A DNA stretch of 41,299 bases. It comes from Promethearchaeia archaeon (GTDB lineage Archaea > Asgardarchaeota > Lokiarchaeia > Sigyniarchaeales > SOKP01). The stretch covers positions 1 to 41,299 of the forward strand of contig JAWOCD010000107.1 of NCBI GenBank assembly GCA_046483985.1, read 5' to 3'. Positions 1 through 9,547 of this stretch are shown piece by piece. The notes under the pieces are model-generated. The model had not been told where the DNA came from. It saw nothing but the letters and a program-made list of their open reading frames with translations, and ran no database searches. Made by a program: the position numbers and the translations under genes. Numbering within the stretch: position 1 is the first letter of the stretch; every line of letters starts with the position of its first letter.

Positions 1-2
1 TC

Positions 3-92
3 TAAAAAATAGAATATAAAAAATAGAATATAAAAAATAGAATATAAAAAATAGAATATAAAAAATAGAACAGAAAAAATAGAATATAAAAA
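3..92. repeat. 14-bp tandem repeat (TAAAAAATAGAATA)n, about 6 copies
   Basis: Period-14 array visible directly, with one degenerate unit near 70-74. It lies just 3' of the minus-strand TauE gene, where it reads as T-rich tracts. Confidence 0.9.
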
Positions 93-128
93 AAAGATTA
101 GGTTAATTAAATGCTAATATATTGAATT

Positions 129-1052
129 CTATACCCACCCTATATCAAATACCATTAAAAACATCACAAAACCTGCATAGAGAACAATCAAACTAAAGAT
201 CTTTTGTACCTGATCTCCCTTAATCCTTTTACAGATTCCTACTCCTAATTGCGCCCCAATGACTGTTCCAGTACTTACTAAAAGCGGCCAAATAAAAACC
301 CCATTAAAATTCCCTAGAAATAAATGAAAGACCGCTGCAAATACAGCAGTAAAGGTCATGGAAAGCTCGCTCGTTCCGGCGGCGGTTTTTGGTTCTACTC
401 CAGCTAAAAGCATCGAACTTGTTTCAATGGTGCCTCCTCCTAAGCCAAGCATTCCCGCTATCATTCCCCCTGAGAAAGAACTAAAGGCGACTACTTTAAG
501 GTTATCTACTCCCAATTTTTCATACTTATATTCTTTATTTGACTCTGATCTCTCAATCTCCGACTCTTCTTTGAGTTCTTCATCGTGTAAGCTTTCTTTT
601 TTTTCTGCCGCTTCTAATTCACAAGATTCGTTCTCTAAATCCGACTTTCCTTCAACAATCTCGGTCGCTTTATGTTTATCCCTTGTTTGAAATAACTTAG
701 TCCCTAAAAGTATCATAATTACACCGCATAACCCAGCTAACACATTTTCAAACAAGAAAGATGCTATAAATCCCCCCAATATCACACCTGGGTAATCCAA
801 AACCGAATACACGGCAGCAAGATGATAATTTACATATCTATTTTTCATATAACTTAAAGCTGCCGAGACCGTTAATCCCATCATCCCAATTAGAGACATA
901 AATATAGCGTCCGTCATCGGAAATCTGAAGATAAATAACAAAGCGGGGATGAGTAACATACCACCGCTTATGCCGATTAGAGCCGCGATTAAGCCGATTC
1001 CTATGCAGACTAACATAAATAAAAGAACCATACCTAATGTTGGATTTATCAT
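129..1052 (-). CDS. Sulfite exporter TauE/SafE (TSUP) family membrane protein
   Basis: Duplicated motifs GISGGMLLIP and GMLGLGGG; about 8 hydrophobic segments; AAGTS and GAQLG motifs; charged central loop. Confidence 0.88.
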   Translation of the reverse strand: MINPTLGMVLLFMLVCIGIGLIAALIGISGGMLLIPALLFIFRFPMTDAIFMSLIGMMGLTVSAALSYMKNRYVNYHLAAVYSVLDYPGVILGGFIASFLFENVLAGLCGVIMILLGTKLFQTRDKHKATEIVEGKSDLENESCELEAAEKKESLHDEELKEESEIERSESNKEYKYEKLGVDNLKVVAFSSFSGGMIAGMLGLGGGTIETSSMLLAGVEPKTAAGTSELSMTFTAVFAAVFHLFLGNFNGVFIWPLLVSTGTVIGAQLGVGICKRIKGDQVQKIFSLIVLYAGFVMFLMVFDIGWV

Positions 1053-1380
1053 ATCCTTTTAGGATGTCAATGAATTATTTTTCATTTTTAATTGTTATTA
1101 AAAGATTTTTTAATTCAATTAATAATTTTTTTTAATTAAATATTCTCTTGATTAAATAAAATAAGCATTACTATTTAAATCTTTGAGTTTAGAATTATCT
1201 GATAAATATTTAGTTGAAGAAATTAACTAAAACTTAATTATAATTGAGTAAAATTGATTATAATTTAAATGAATTAATTTGAATTAATTATAATTAAGAT
1301 TAATTAAGCAATATTATGAATTATAAAACACATTCTCTTCAATAGAGAGCAAACAATTTTATAAGATTGAAAAAATAAAT

Positions 1381-1880
1381 TTATCTCTTTTTTTCAGTAA
1401 ATCCCTCGATTTGGGCTGGAAATCCATCTCCATTCGAATAAAGGAAAGGATTAGCATGGCCTCCTATAAATTGTTCTCCTATGGAATCGTTGTTAGGATT
1501 GGAATTACTCTCGCGCTTTCATTAATAATACATTGGTCCATGAATCCCTCACTTCTGACTGTTCGAAAACTCGGTACCTAGTTCAGAATAGTTCTCTTAT
1601 TCTTTTCATTTCCCATGATTAAGAACTTTAACCTCCGGTTGATTCAAAAACATCTAAGCATCGAGAATTCCACTTTCCATAACGGCAGTCCTCATTATAT
1701 CCGTAATTCAGTATGTTCTAGTTACGTAGGTCTGCATGTTCTTCAGACGGAATATTAGAATCAGCTATGTTCTATTGTATCCTCTACGGTTGGATTATCG
1801 TCAACTTTTTCCCAGTTGGAATGAATTCTGGATTTTTTTAGAATTGGTGAGAATACTGTAACAATCTCAATGAAATCCTT
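1381..1880 (-). pseudogene. Possible decayed coding remnant, product unidentified
   Basis: About 500 bp that is more GC-rich than the flanking spacer. Short protein-like minus-strand segments (e.g. IGEQFIGGHANPFLYSNGDGFPAQIEGF) are broken by stops and frame changes. Confidence 0.3.
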
Positions 1881-1901
1881 TCTTTTTTTTTGAACTAGTC
1901 T

Positions 1902-2618
1902 CTACTCAAATTCCAGTATGCCATCAACGTATGTGCTTTCAGGAGTATCGCCTACATTAATATCAGTCATTTCACATGAAACCTTTCGCCGAAGCTTTTT
2001 GCTTAGTAAGGCTTCGACATAACCACCAATGATTTCCAAATGATACGAGAAATCCTTTTTTTCTTGTAAAATCGAAAAATTTGAATAGCGGAAAGAATAT
2101 GACTTTTTCGGTTCGATGACTTGCACGCCTGAAAGAATTGTATTTTCATCAAAAATTTCATTATAGACATTAAATTGCTCAAGCAATTTTACAATGACCT
2201 CTAAAGACGGAGGTTCATCATTTTTCAAGTAGTTCACAAACTTCTGGAATCCGGGTAGGGGGATTTCAAAAAATTCGGCGATATGTTTGCCTAATAGTTT
2301 AACTTTATTTTCTTCATTCGGAAATTGCTTTTTCAGTCCGTAAATAAGTCCTTTATAGAGAGAGATAAAGACCGACTTGGACACGATCTGATCTTCATTG
2401 GTGCCGTAGTATAGGGTATAGGCACCCACCTTTTTCGAGGAGATGGCATTTGTATCTTCCAATTTCGTAAGATACTTGGAGACAGTATTTCTAGAAGCGG
2501 TAATCCCCTTAGCAATATCGGTAATTGTCGAGCCTTCAGCATTTGATTTTAAAAAACTAAGGATTTGCTTTTCAAATCCATTTCTCGTAATAGTTTCTTC
2601 TTCTGAATAGACTTTCAT
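1902..2618 (-). CDS. Winged HTH transcriptional regulator with C-terminal V4R/ligand-binding-like domain
   Basis: N-terminal wHTH ILSFLK...TITDIAKGITASRNTVSKYLTKLE...KKVG; C-terminal HLEIIGGYVEALL segment typical of V4R/H-NOX-like folds. Confidence 0.8.
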   Translation of the reverse strand: MKVYSEEETITRNGFEKQILSFLKSNAEGSTITDIAKGITASRNTVSKYLTKLEDTNAISSKKVGAYTLYYGTNEDQIVSKSVFISLYKGLIYGLKKQFPNEENKVKLLGKHIAEFFEIPLPGFQKFVNYLKNDEPPSLEVIVKLLEQFNVYNEIFDENTILSGVQVIEPKKSYSFRYSNFSILQEKKDFSYHLEIIGGYVEALLSKKLRRKVSCEMTDINVGDTPESTYVDGILEFE

Positions 2619-2621
2619 TAT

Positions 2622-2669
2622 TGATCAGTATTTTGTGAATGAATGAACCTTTATTCACAATAGTGATCA
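2622..2669. promoter_or_regulatory. Inverted repeat, candidate operator between divergent genes
   Basis: TTGTGAAT (2633-2640) and ATTCACAA (2653-2660), flanked by TGATCA at 2622-2627 and 2664-2669, immediately upstream of the regulator start. Confidence 0.45.
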
Positions 2670-2963
2670 TTAAGTATTTAAATATTTTGAATTAATCTAT
2701 TTTTGCTTAATTGTATGTGCAATAATGTTCAATTTAACAGCATTGTTGAAATTTTAGAAAGGGATCTTTCTGTTTAAGGAACATCTTTAGAGATCTTAAG
2801 TAATACTTGGAAAAAAATAATGTATTATGGACCTTTCCAGATAATTCTCGGTATGTTAGCTTTACTGCTCATTCTCCCCAATCTTTTTAAGGTTATTTGT
2901 CTAGGTAATAAGATAGAATGAATCTTCATTCGCGATTTTAAAAAAATTTTAAGGTTTAAAAAA

Positions 2964-5900
2964 ATGTCAAAAAAACTCGCAATGGCTTCCATTGTTCTTT
3001 TAATAATTGGAGGTATTGCATTACCAGGCGGATTTGTACTAAATACAATAATTGATGATACAGTTGCAGATGAAGTGGATACAGGACTTACTGGTATAAA
3101 AGACCAAGCAACGCCCATTATTGAAAGCATGGTGACGGATTTAGGATCAGCAGAGGTACTATCGCAGATACGAGGCGCAGCTGTCCCAGTTATCGAAGAT
3201 ATGGTTACCGAATTGGGGGTTAGCGAGGTACTCAATCAAGTAAATGAAACAGCTATCCCTATAGTGGAACAAATGGTATCCGAATTGGGGGTTAGCGAGG
3301 TACTCAACCAGGTAAACGACACAGCTATCCCAATTGTTAAGGAAATGGTCGGGCAAATTGGAGTGGCAGAATCTTTATACCAAATTAGGGAGACTGCCCT
3401 CCCATTCGTAGAGGAGATAGTGAATGCCACGTTTCTTACTCAATTACTCTACAATGCTTACTTAGTAGGAGAAGAAGAAAATATAGAAGGAATATTTGAA
3501 GAAGGCGGAAATTGTCTCTTAAATATGTTCTGGGACTATCTTGAGGTCGATTTAGGCTCACTTGCTGGGGGAGTACAGTCATTTAGCCAAAATATCGAAG
3601 ATGCTATTAATATTACAATACTAGGTGTCTCTGAATGGTATGGGAGCGATATAGAATTTGGAAGTTATGAGTCAGGATTTTTACCCGACCCAAATCCCCA
3701 TTTAACATTGTCATGGGGGGACGGTGAGATTCCAGGAGTTATGTCTGAAATAGATGTCGGAACTGGCATTCTTGATCTATTAGCACGCTATGATGAGGCA
3801 AAGGGAAACACTACATTACAAAATGAGATGATTACAGATTATGCAGCTCCCAGTGGTGCTCCCGATATGGAATGGTGGAAGTTAGAGGCATTTGTAAATT
3901 ATTACCGCAATTATTTCGTTCCGACGGTAATACCAATGATGGTAGAAGAATTACAAGATCCCACGTCAGAATTAAGTGATATGATGCCCGAATATGTCGG
4001 AATGGATACCGATGATATAGCCTATTACTCATTTTTAAAACAGTGGGCAAATTGTAGTGAATTCGCGGGCGGCATGGATTTTCATGAAGTGTCCGAAGAA
4101 TTTCCAGCGGGCACCTACGGATTTGAAGTGAATCGTCCCGATGCATCAGGAATTACCATAGATGCTTGTTATTCCTTATGGAATGAGGGCAACGATTATG
4201 CACTAACGAATATGGACGCTATGGAAACTTGGTTTGCAGCAAATACTACTACTGATGCACGAACAACGTTACTAACCCAATTCCCTGTATTAACCGAATC
4301 TCAATTAGATCTCATTTTAGATTGGCTCTGGGGCGGAACAGATTCGTTTAGCGAATACTTAGTTCCGATTCTTGTCGAAAGCGAGCAAGGTTACGGAATG
4401 CCTATTGCAGATCTTGCCCAATTACTATTTATGGAGCAATGGGCTAATGGAACAATACTGGGAGAAGTAATGTATGAAGGTGGAATTGATTTCGGGGAGA
4501 TGGTAGAAGAAATTCCCGAAGGCTCTGTTGGATTTGAAGTTGGGTATCCTACACCTACCAATATAACTGGAGAAGTAGTCAAAGATCTCTGGGATGGAAC
4601 GAATCCGTATTCTTTATTTAATATGGACGGTATGCGTTATTGGGTTGATGCTCAAACTAACACCACTGTTAAAACATTGTTAATCAATGAATTTGACTTA
4701 ACGGAAATGCAAATGGACATGATCTTGGATTGGCTCTGGGAAGGAGAAGATTGCTTTAGCGAATACTTAGTTCCGATTCTTGTCGAAAGCGAGCAAGGTT
4801 ACGGAATGCCTATTGCAGATCTTGCCCAATTACTATTTATGGAGCAATGGGCTAATGGAACAATACTGGGAAAAGTATTATACAAGGGGGGATTAGATTT
4901 TGGAGAAATGGTAGAAGAAATTCCCGAAGGCTCTGTTGGATTTGAAGTTGGAATTCCAAATCCCACTAATATGACAGGAGAGGTAGTCGCACAACTCTGG
5001 AACGGATCAAACCCATTTTCCTTATTTAATATGGACGGTATGCAGTATTGGGTGGATGCTCAAACTGATGATAATGTCAAGATAATGCTGATCGATGAGT
5101 TTGGGCTCACGGAAACCCAAATGGATATGATACTCGATTGGCTCTGGGAAGGAGATAATTGCTTTAGTCAAAAACTTGTTCCTATCTTAGCAGAGAGCGA
5201 ACAAGGATATGGAGTCCCAATAAGCGAATTAGCTGAGCAGCTCCTACTGGAACAATGGGCTAATGGAACAATCTTGGGAGAGAAAATGTATGAGGGCGGA
5301 TTAGACTTCCATGATTTTATTGCAAGCCTTCCAGAAGGGACAACGGGCTTTGAGGTTGGAATTCCTGACGCAACAGGAATTTCTATGGATTCTGCATTAG
5401 CGCTATGGAATGAGACGAATCCAAAATCCTTGTTAAGTATGGATGGAATGGAAAAGTGGCTCGCTGCAAATGAAGATGATCGAGTCAAAGAGAATTTACA
5501 AGAAGAGTTCAGTCTCACAAGTCAGGAAATGGACATGATCCTCGAGTGGCTCTGGGAAGGAGAAAATTGCTTTAGCAAAAAACTTCTTCCACTCTTAATT
5601 GAAAGTGACTACGGATACGGGATTCCAATTTCCGAATTTTCCTTCCAACTCTTGCTGGAACAGTGGGCTAACGGAACCATTATGGGGAACAAAATGTACC
5701 CCGAGGGATTAGATTTTGGAGATTTTATTGACGCAATCCCCAAAGGCACCATTGGTTTTGAAGTAGGAATTCCAGAACCAACTGGTATGAGTCAGAAATC
5801 CGCATTAGCATTATGGGACCAAGATAGCGATTATGCCTTGGTTTCAAGTGAAGGATTAGAGAAATGGTGGAACGTCGTCGAATCTAAAGATTCTGAACAT

Positions 5901-6383
5901 TATACAGAATTGAAGGAAGCAAACTTCTTGACCGACAAACAAATGGACATGATCATTGAATGGTTACCCGAATTCAAAGATGATGTAATGCCGCAATTGG
6001 CAAAATATGAGATGGATTTGCCAACCGATACGACTACCTTGGGGAATTATGTCCAGTTTGGCGGAATGGTAATTGGGGGTGCATGTATAGGTCTTGCATC
6101 CGTAGGATTTATGAGAAACAGATCCATAAAAAAGAAAGCGATTAAAAAAGGGAAGAACAAAAAATCAAAAAAAAGGGTCAAATCTCCCTCAGAGGAAAAT
6201 AAAGACAAAGTTAGCAAAGGGAACATACTGATTGAAAAGAAACAACCGCCCAAGTCGGATACAGATATCGAAAGGGCGGAAGGGCTCAGCATCGAAGGAG
6301 GAGACACAAACAAAAAAGGCGACCAAAAAGAAACCGAGTTCGAATTTATGCAAGACGTGGATTATGATGAAGAAATGGGATAA
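2964..6383 (+). CDS. Large membrane-anchored surface (glyco)protein with internal tandem repeats
   Basis: N-terminal TM/signal anchor; C-terminal TM (VQFGGMVIGGACIGLASVGFM) followed by a Lys-rich then acidic tail; many N-x-S/T sequons; 24-aa and about 136-aa repeats. Confidence 0.85.
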   Translation: MSKKLAMASIVLLIIGGIALPGGFVLNTIIDDTVADEVDTGLTGIKDQATPIIESMVTDLGSAEVLSQIRGAAVPVIEDMVTELGVSEVLNQVNETAIPIVEQMVSELGVSEVLNQVNDTAIPIVKEMVGQIGVAESLYQIRETALPFVEEIVNATFLTQLLYNAYLVGEEENIEGIFEEGGNCLLNMFWDYLEVDLGSLAGGVQSFSQNIEDAINITILGVSEWYGSDIEFGSYESGFLPDPNPHLTLSWGDGEIPGVMSEIDVGTGILDLLARYDEAKGNTTLQNEMITDYAAPSGAPDMEWWKLEAFVNYYRNYFVPTVIPMMVEELQDPTSELSDMMPEYVGMDTDDIAYYSFLKQWANCSEFAGGMDFHEVSEEFPAGTYGFEVNRPDASGITIDACYSLWNEGNDYALTNMDAMETWFAANTTTDARTTLLTQFPVLTESQLDLILDWLWGGTDSFSEYLVPILVESEQGYGMPIADLAQLLFMEQWANGTILGEVMYEGGIDFGEMVEEIPEGSVGFEVGYPTPTNITGEVVKDLWDGTNPYSLFNMDGMRYWVDAQTNTTVKTLLINEFDLTEMQMDMILDWLWEGEDCFSEYLVPILVESEQGYGMPIADLAQLLFMEQWANGTILGKVLYKGGLDFGEMVEEIPEGSVGFEVGIPNPTNMTGEVVAQLWNGSNPFSLFNMDGMQYWVDAQTDDNVKIMLIDEFGLTETQMDMILDWLWEGDNCFSQKLVPILAESEQGYGVPISELAEQLLLEQWANGTILGEKMYEGGLDFHDFIASLPEGTTGFEVGIPDATGISMDSALALWNETNPKSLLSMDGMEKWLAANEDDRVKENLQEEFSLTSQEMDMILEWLWEGENCFSKKLLPLLIESDYGYGIPISEFSFQLLLEQWANGTIMGNKMYPEGLDFGDFIDAIPKGTIGFEVGIPEPTGMSQKSALALWDQDSDYALVSSEGLEKWWNVVESKDSEHYTELKEANFLTDKQMDMIIEWLPEFKDDVMPQLAKYEMDLPTDTTTLGNYVQFGGMVIGGACIGLASVGFMRNRSIKKKAIKKGKNKKSKKRVKSPSEENKDKVSKGNILIEKKQPPKSDTDIERAEGLSIEGGDTNKKGDQKETEFEFMQDVDYDEEMG
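3096..3422 (+). repeat. 72-bp (24-aa) intragenic tandem repeat, about 4.5 copies
   Basis: Unit resembles VNETAIPIVEQMVSELGVSEVLNQ; DNA CCGAATTGGGGGTTAGCGAGGTACTCAA recurs at 3208 and 3280. Confidence 0.9.
4011..5990 (+). repeat. About 408-bp (136-aa) intragenic tandem repeat, 5 copies
   Basis: QWAN motif codons at 4041, 4437, 4845, 5253 and 5661; each unit has GG(L/I/M)DF, GFEV and QMDMILDWLW-like motifs; 117 bp identical at 4347-4463 and 4755-4871. Confidence 0.92.
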
Positions 6384-6645
6384 TAAAAACTCATAGCAAC
6401 GAATTCCATCACTGCAAGAAAAAATTAATTATTTTTTTATTTTTTTTTTATCTTATACTGACTCTGAATGGAAAATAGAGTTTGTAAAGGACCAATTTCC
6501 GTCGTTTTTATTTTCCCATAATTTAAATAATGTTTTTTATTCTATACAATTGTATTAGAACATTTTAGGAAAATATTGGGAGCAATATACTGGTTCTATA
6601 AGATCGATTAAGAATTTACCGTTATACAATAAAAACAATTCTATT

Positions 6646-8886
6646 ATGAATCAAATGGAAAAAAAAGATTATTCTGAAAGGATTTCAAAGCTAAATGCTA
6701 TTTTAGAGGAAAATCCACAATATTTTACCACTTTGTATGAATTAGGACGAGCATTTAGAAAAAGCGGGAACTTGGATCAAGCCTTTTCTACATTTCAGGA
6801 ATGTTTAGAGGTTTCAGAAGAGCATAAGAGCTCTATTTTGATCAATATCAACCTCCTTGGATTGCGTCAATTACGAGAAGAAAAATACAAGAAGGCGAAA
6901 AAGATCTTTAATTACTTAGTTGATTTCCAGCCTGAGAATTCCGCCCACCATAAAAATTTGGGGTTATCCTATGACCGGCTTGGAAAATCTGAAGATGCTA
7001 TCAAAGCCTATCGCAGAGCTTTAGAGAAGGACCCAAAAAACTATATTGTTTCAATCAATTTGGCCAATATATATTATAAAAATGGAAAATTAGATCGGGC
7101 ATTTGATCAATATGCGTCTTTACTAAAGCAAAAAGCCAATGACAATGTCATCCTCAATAATCTTATTATCTTAGGTCATAAATTTGTGGAGAAAAGGAGA
7201 GAAAAGAAAGTCAATAAAATATGTAAGATGGTTGGTAATTCTAATTCAAAAAATCCTATGCTCTGGATTGACTTGGGCAAATTATATCAAAAACTTGAGA
7301 AATATAAGGTTGCAATTAACTCCTATGAACGCGCGCTAACATTTAATCCGAACCATAAACTTTCGCTAAATAGCTTAGGACATACATATTTTCTCCAGCA
7401 AGAATATGACAAGGCGATCCGATATTTTCTGAAATCGCTGTATATCGATTCAAACTCCAGACTCCCGATTAACAATCTCTTGAAAATTGCCTCCGAATAT
7501 TACAAAAGCAAACAGTATAAAAGGGCTATTCGGTTGTTAAAACTCATTTTAAACATAGATGAGTCCGTTACAGAAGCGTGGGTTGACCTTGGACTCGCTT
7601 ATCGGCGACTAAGCCAATTGGAAAACTCGGTTCATGCCTACAAACGTGCATTAAAGTTAGATAAAGAGAATGAATTAGTGTGGAATAATCTGGGGTTCAC
7701 TTACTATAAAATGAAAGATTATCCCAATGCAGTAGACGCATATCATCATGCATTGAAACTAAACTCAAAATTTGAATATCCGTTAAACAACCTCTTAGAA
7801 ATATCAAGATATTACTATAAAAAGGAGAACTTTAAGGAGACAATTACACTCCTGAAAGAAATAGTCCAATTTCAACCGGATAATGCAAGTAATTGGATAA
7901 GGTTAGGACTTTCCTATTCAAAAATAGGGAAATTCGAAAAAGCGCTTAAAGCATATAAGCACGCATCCGTCGAAGAGAAAAAAAGCGAGAGAATCTATAA
8001 TAATTTGGGGTTTGTGCATTATCAATTGAAAAATTATAAGAAGGCGGCAGATAGTTATCTGAAGGCTTTAGAGGTAAATCCTGACTATGCAATCACTATT
8101 GAAAATCTTTCAAATCTCGCATTAGAATTAACCGATAGAGGAAAATATGATCAAGCCACCAAAATCTATAGCGGCTTAGCAGAAAGGGAAAACATCCAAA
8201 TTGGGGATCTCATTAATCTGGGACGCGTATATCGAATCAAGAAAAAGTACAAAAAATCAATTCAAATTTATAAAAAGGCACTAAACCTTGATGAAAAGAA
8301 TGAATTGATCTGGAATAATCTTGGTTATGCGTTTGAATGTAAGGGAGAAATCGAAAAGGCTGTAGAAGCATATTCCAATTCATTAAAGGTTGATTCACAA
8401 TACCCGCTTTCATATAATAACCTATGTAGTTTATCGTTCCACTGTATCGATCAAAACGAATATCAGATAGCTCTTCGCGTATTTAAAACACTATTAGCTA
8501 ACCAAAAAGAAAGGTTCGAGTTTTGGAATGAGTTATTTTCTATGTACAGAAAGACAGAACAATATAAGGAACTTTTAAAACAATATAATCAATACAAGAA
8601 TCTAATATCACTGAATAACTCAATCGGGAATGATGTAGGCTATAGTTACTTCTCAATAGGTAAGTTTTTAAGATGTATTGACAGCTACTATCAAGCACTC
8701 CGATCAGACCCCCACTCTGAAAACACCTCTGAGGATCTTTTAGAAATTACACATCAGTATATTTCAGAACAAAAGATCCAAAAAGCTCTGGAGATATGCG
8801 ATCTTCTTCTTAGTTTCCAACAAGATAATGAAGATGCAGAAAAATTAATGAAAAAAATAAAAAAAGAGAATAAATCGATAACATAA
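6646..8886 (+). CDS. Tetratricopeptide repeat (TPR) protein
   Basis: Repeated W-x-(N/D)-LG-x-x-Y...A...Y-x-x-AL-x-L-(D/N)-P units over the whole length; no catalytic domain seen. Confidence 0.92.
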   Translation: MNQMEKKDYSERISKLNAILEENPQYFTTLYELGRAFRKSGNLDQAFSTFQECLEVSEEHKSSILININLLGLRQLREEKYKKAKKIFNYLVDFQPENSAHHKNLGLSYDRLGKSEDAIKAYRRALEKDPKNYIVSINLANIYYKNGKLDRAFDQYASLLKQKANDNVILNNLIILGHKFVEKRREKKVNKICKMVGNSNSKNPMLWIDLGKLYQKLEKYKVAINSYERALTFNPNHKLSLNSLGHTYFLQQEYDKAIRYFLKSLYIDSNSRLPINNLLKIASEYYKSKQYKRAIRLLKLILNIDESVTEAWVDLGLAYRRLSQLENSVHAYKRALKLDKENELVWNNLGFTYYKMKDYPNAVDAYHHALKLNSKFEYPLNNLLEISRYYYKKENFKETITLLKEIVQFQPDNASNWIRLGLSYSKIGKFEKALKAYKHASVEEKKSERIYNNLGFVHYQLKNYKKAADSYLKALEVNPDYAITIENLSNLALELTDRGKYDQATKIYSGLAERENIQIGDLINLGRVYRIKKKYKKSIQIYKKALNLDEKNELIWNNLGYAFECKGEIEKAVEAYSNSLKVDSQYPLSYNNLCSLSFHCIDQNEYQIALRVFKTLLANQKERFEFWNELFSMYRKTEQYKELLKQYNQYKNLISLNNSIGNDVGYSYFSIGKFLRCIDSYYQALRSDPHSENTSEDLLEITHQYISEQKIQKALEICDLLLSFQQDNEDAEKLMKKIKKENKSIT

Positions 8887-8910
8887 CATTTTACAGGAAT
8901 TTTTACTATT

Positions 8911-9071
8911 GAAGCCTTCCCTCCCTAAAAAAAAGGTGATTCCTACGAGTCCAATAGGCGTTGGCTGGTGGCATGTCTTAGGGCTGTGTCGTAGAAAACC
9001 TTTTCCATCTATCCAAAAAGGATTCCTCATTCAAAGAGGATTGCTGCGATAGGTTAACAGACTAGGCTTTT
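8911..9071. ncRNA. Candidate structured RNA between convergent genes
   Basis: About 45% GC by hand count, well above the other spacers. Nested complementary segments: AAGCCT/AGGCTT, CTACGA/TCGTAG, CCAA/TTGG, CCTTTT/AAAAGG, TCCTC/GAGGA. Confidence 0.3.
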
Positions 9072-9079
9072 GCTATAAG

Positions 9080-9544
9080 TTAAAGATCTGGAAATTTATT
9101 GTCGTGTTCTCTGACATAGACACGGTAGATATTTTTTACTTCTACACCGCACTCGATACATTTATCATTAAGGAAGACGACTCTTCCTCCACAGTTCGGA
9201 CATCGCCATAATTCATCTTGTTCTTCTATCCATTTCTCGGGTCCTATGAACACGATTGTGGTGAGATTATAAAATATTTTATGACGATATTCATATTTGC
9301 TTTCGGTAAGATGGGTATTTCGGAATTTTATAAGCGCAGTGCATGGGTAGTTGGGGCATTCACAGCAATACTCTAATTCTTCTTTTTCTACAGCACATTT
9401 CCGGACTTCACACTCCCATTTAGGGTTAGAATCTTTATAGTGAGTATTTTTTGCTGATTTACACCCTTGACATTTCTCCACTTGAAAGAGGGGACAAGCA
9501 TTACAAAAGATCCCGCAATAGCCTGCATGGTTTTCTTTTGTCAT
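9080..9544 (-). CDS. DUF3795-like Cys-rich protein with C-terminal zinc ribbon
   Basis: YCGIFCNACP...CQGC...CEVRKC...YCCECPNYPC motif, then CPNCGG...CIECG. Confidence 0.82.
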   Translation of the reverse strand: MTKENHAGYCGIFCNACPLFQVEKCQGCKSAKNTHYKDSNPKWECEVRKCAVEKEELEYCCECPNYPCTALIKFRNTHLTESKYEYRHKIFYNLTTIVFIGPEKWIEEQDELWRCPNCGGRVVFLNDKCIECGVEVKNIYRVYVREHDNKFPDL

Positions 9545-9547
9545 GAC

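Noticed and set aside
3-92. CRISPR array
   Set aside because: Units are contiguous 14-mers with no spacers, and no cas genes are present.
8985-9035. Second SECIS on the minus strand (ATGA followed by a stem)
   Set aside because: No GA at the matching 3' position, no apical As, and the upstream minus-strand genes have no in-frame TGA.
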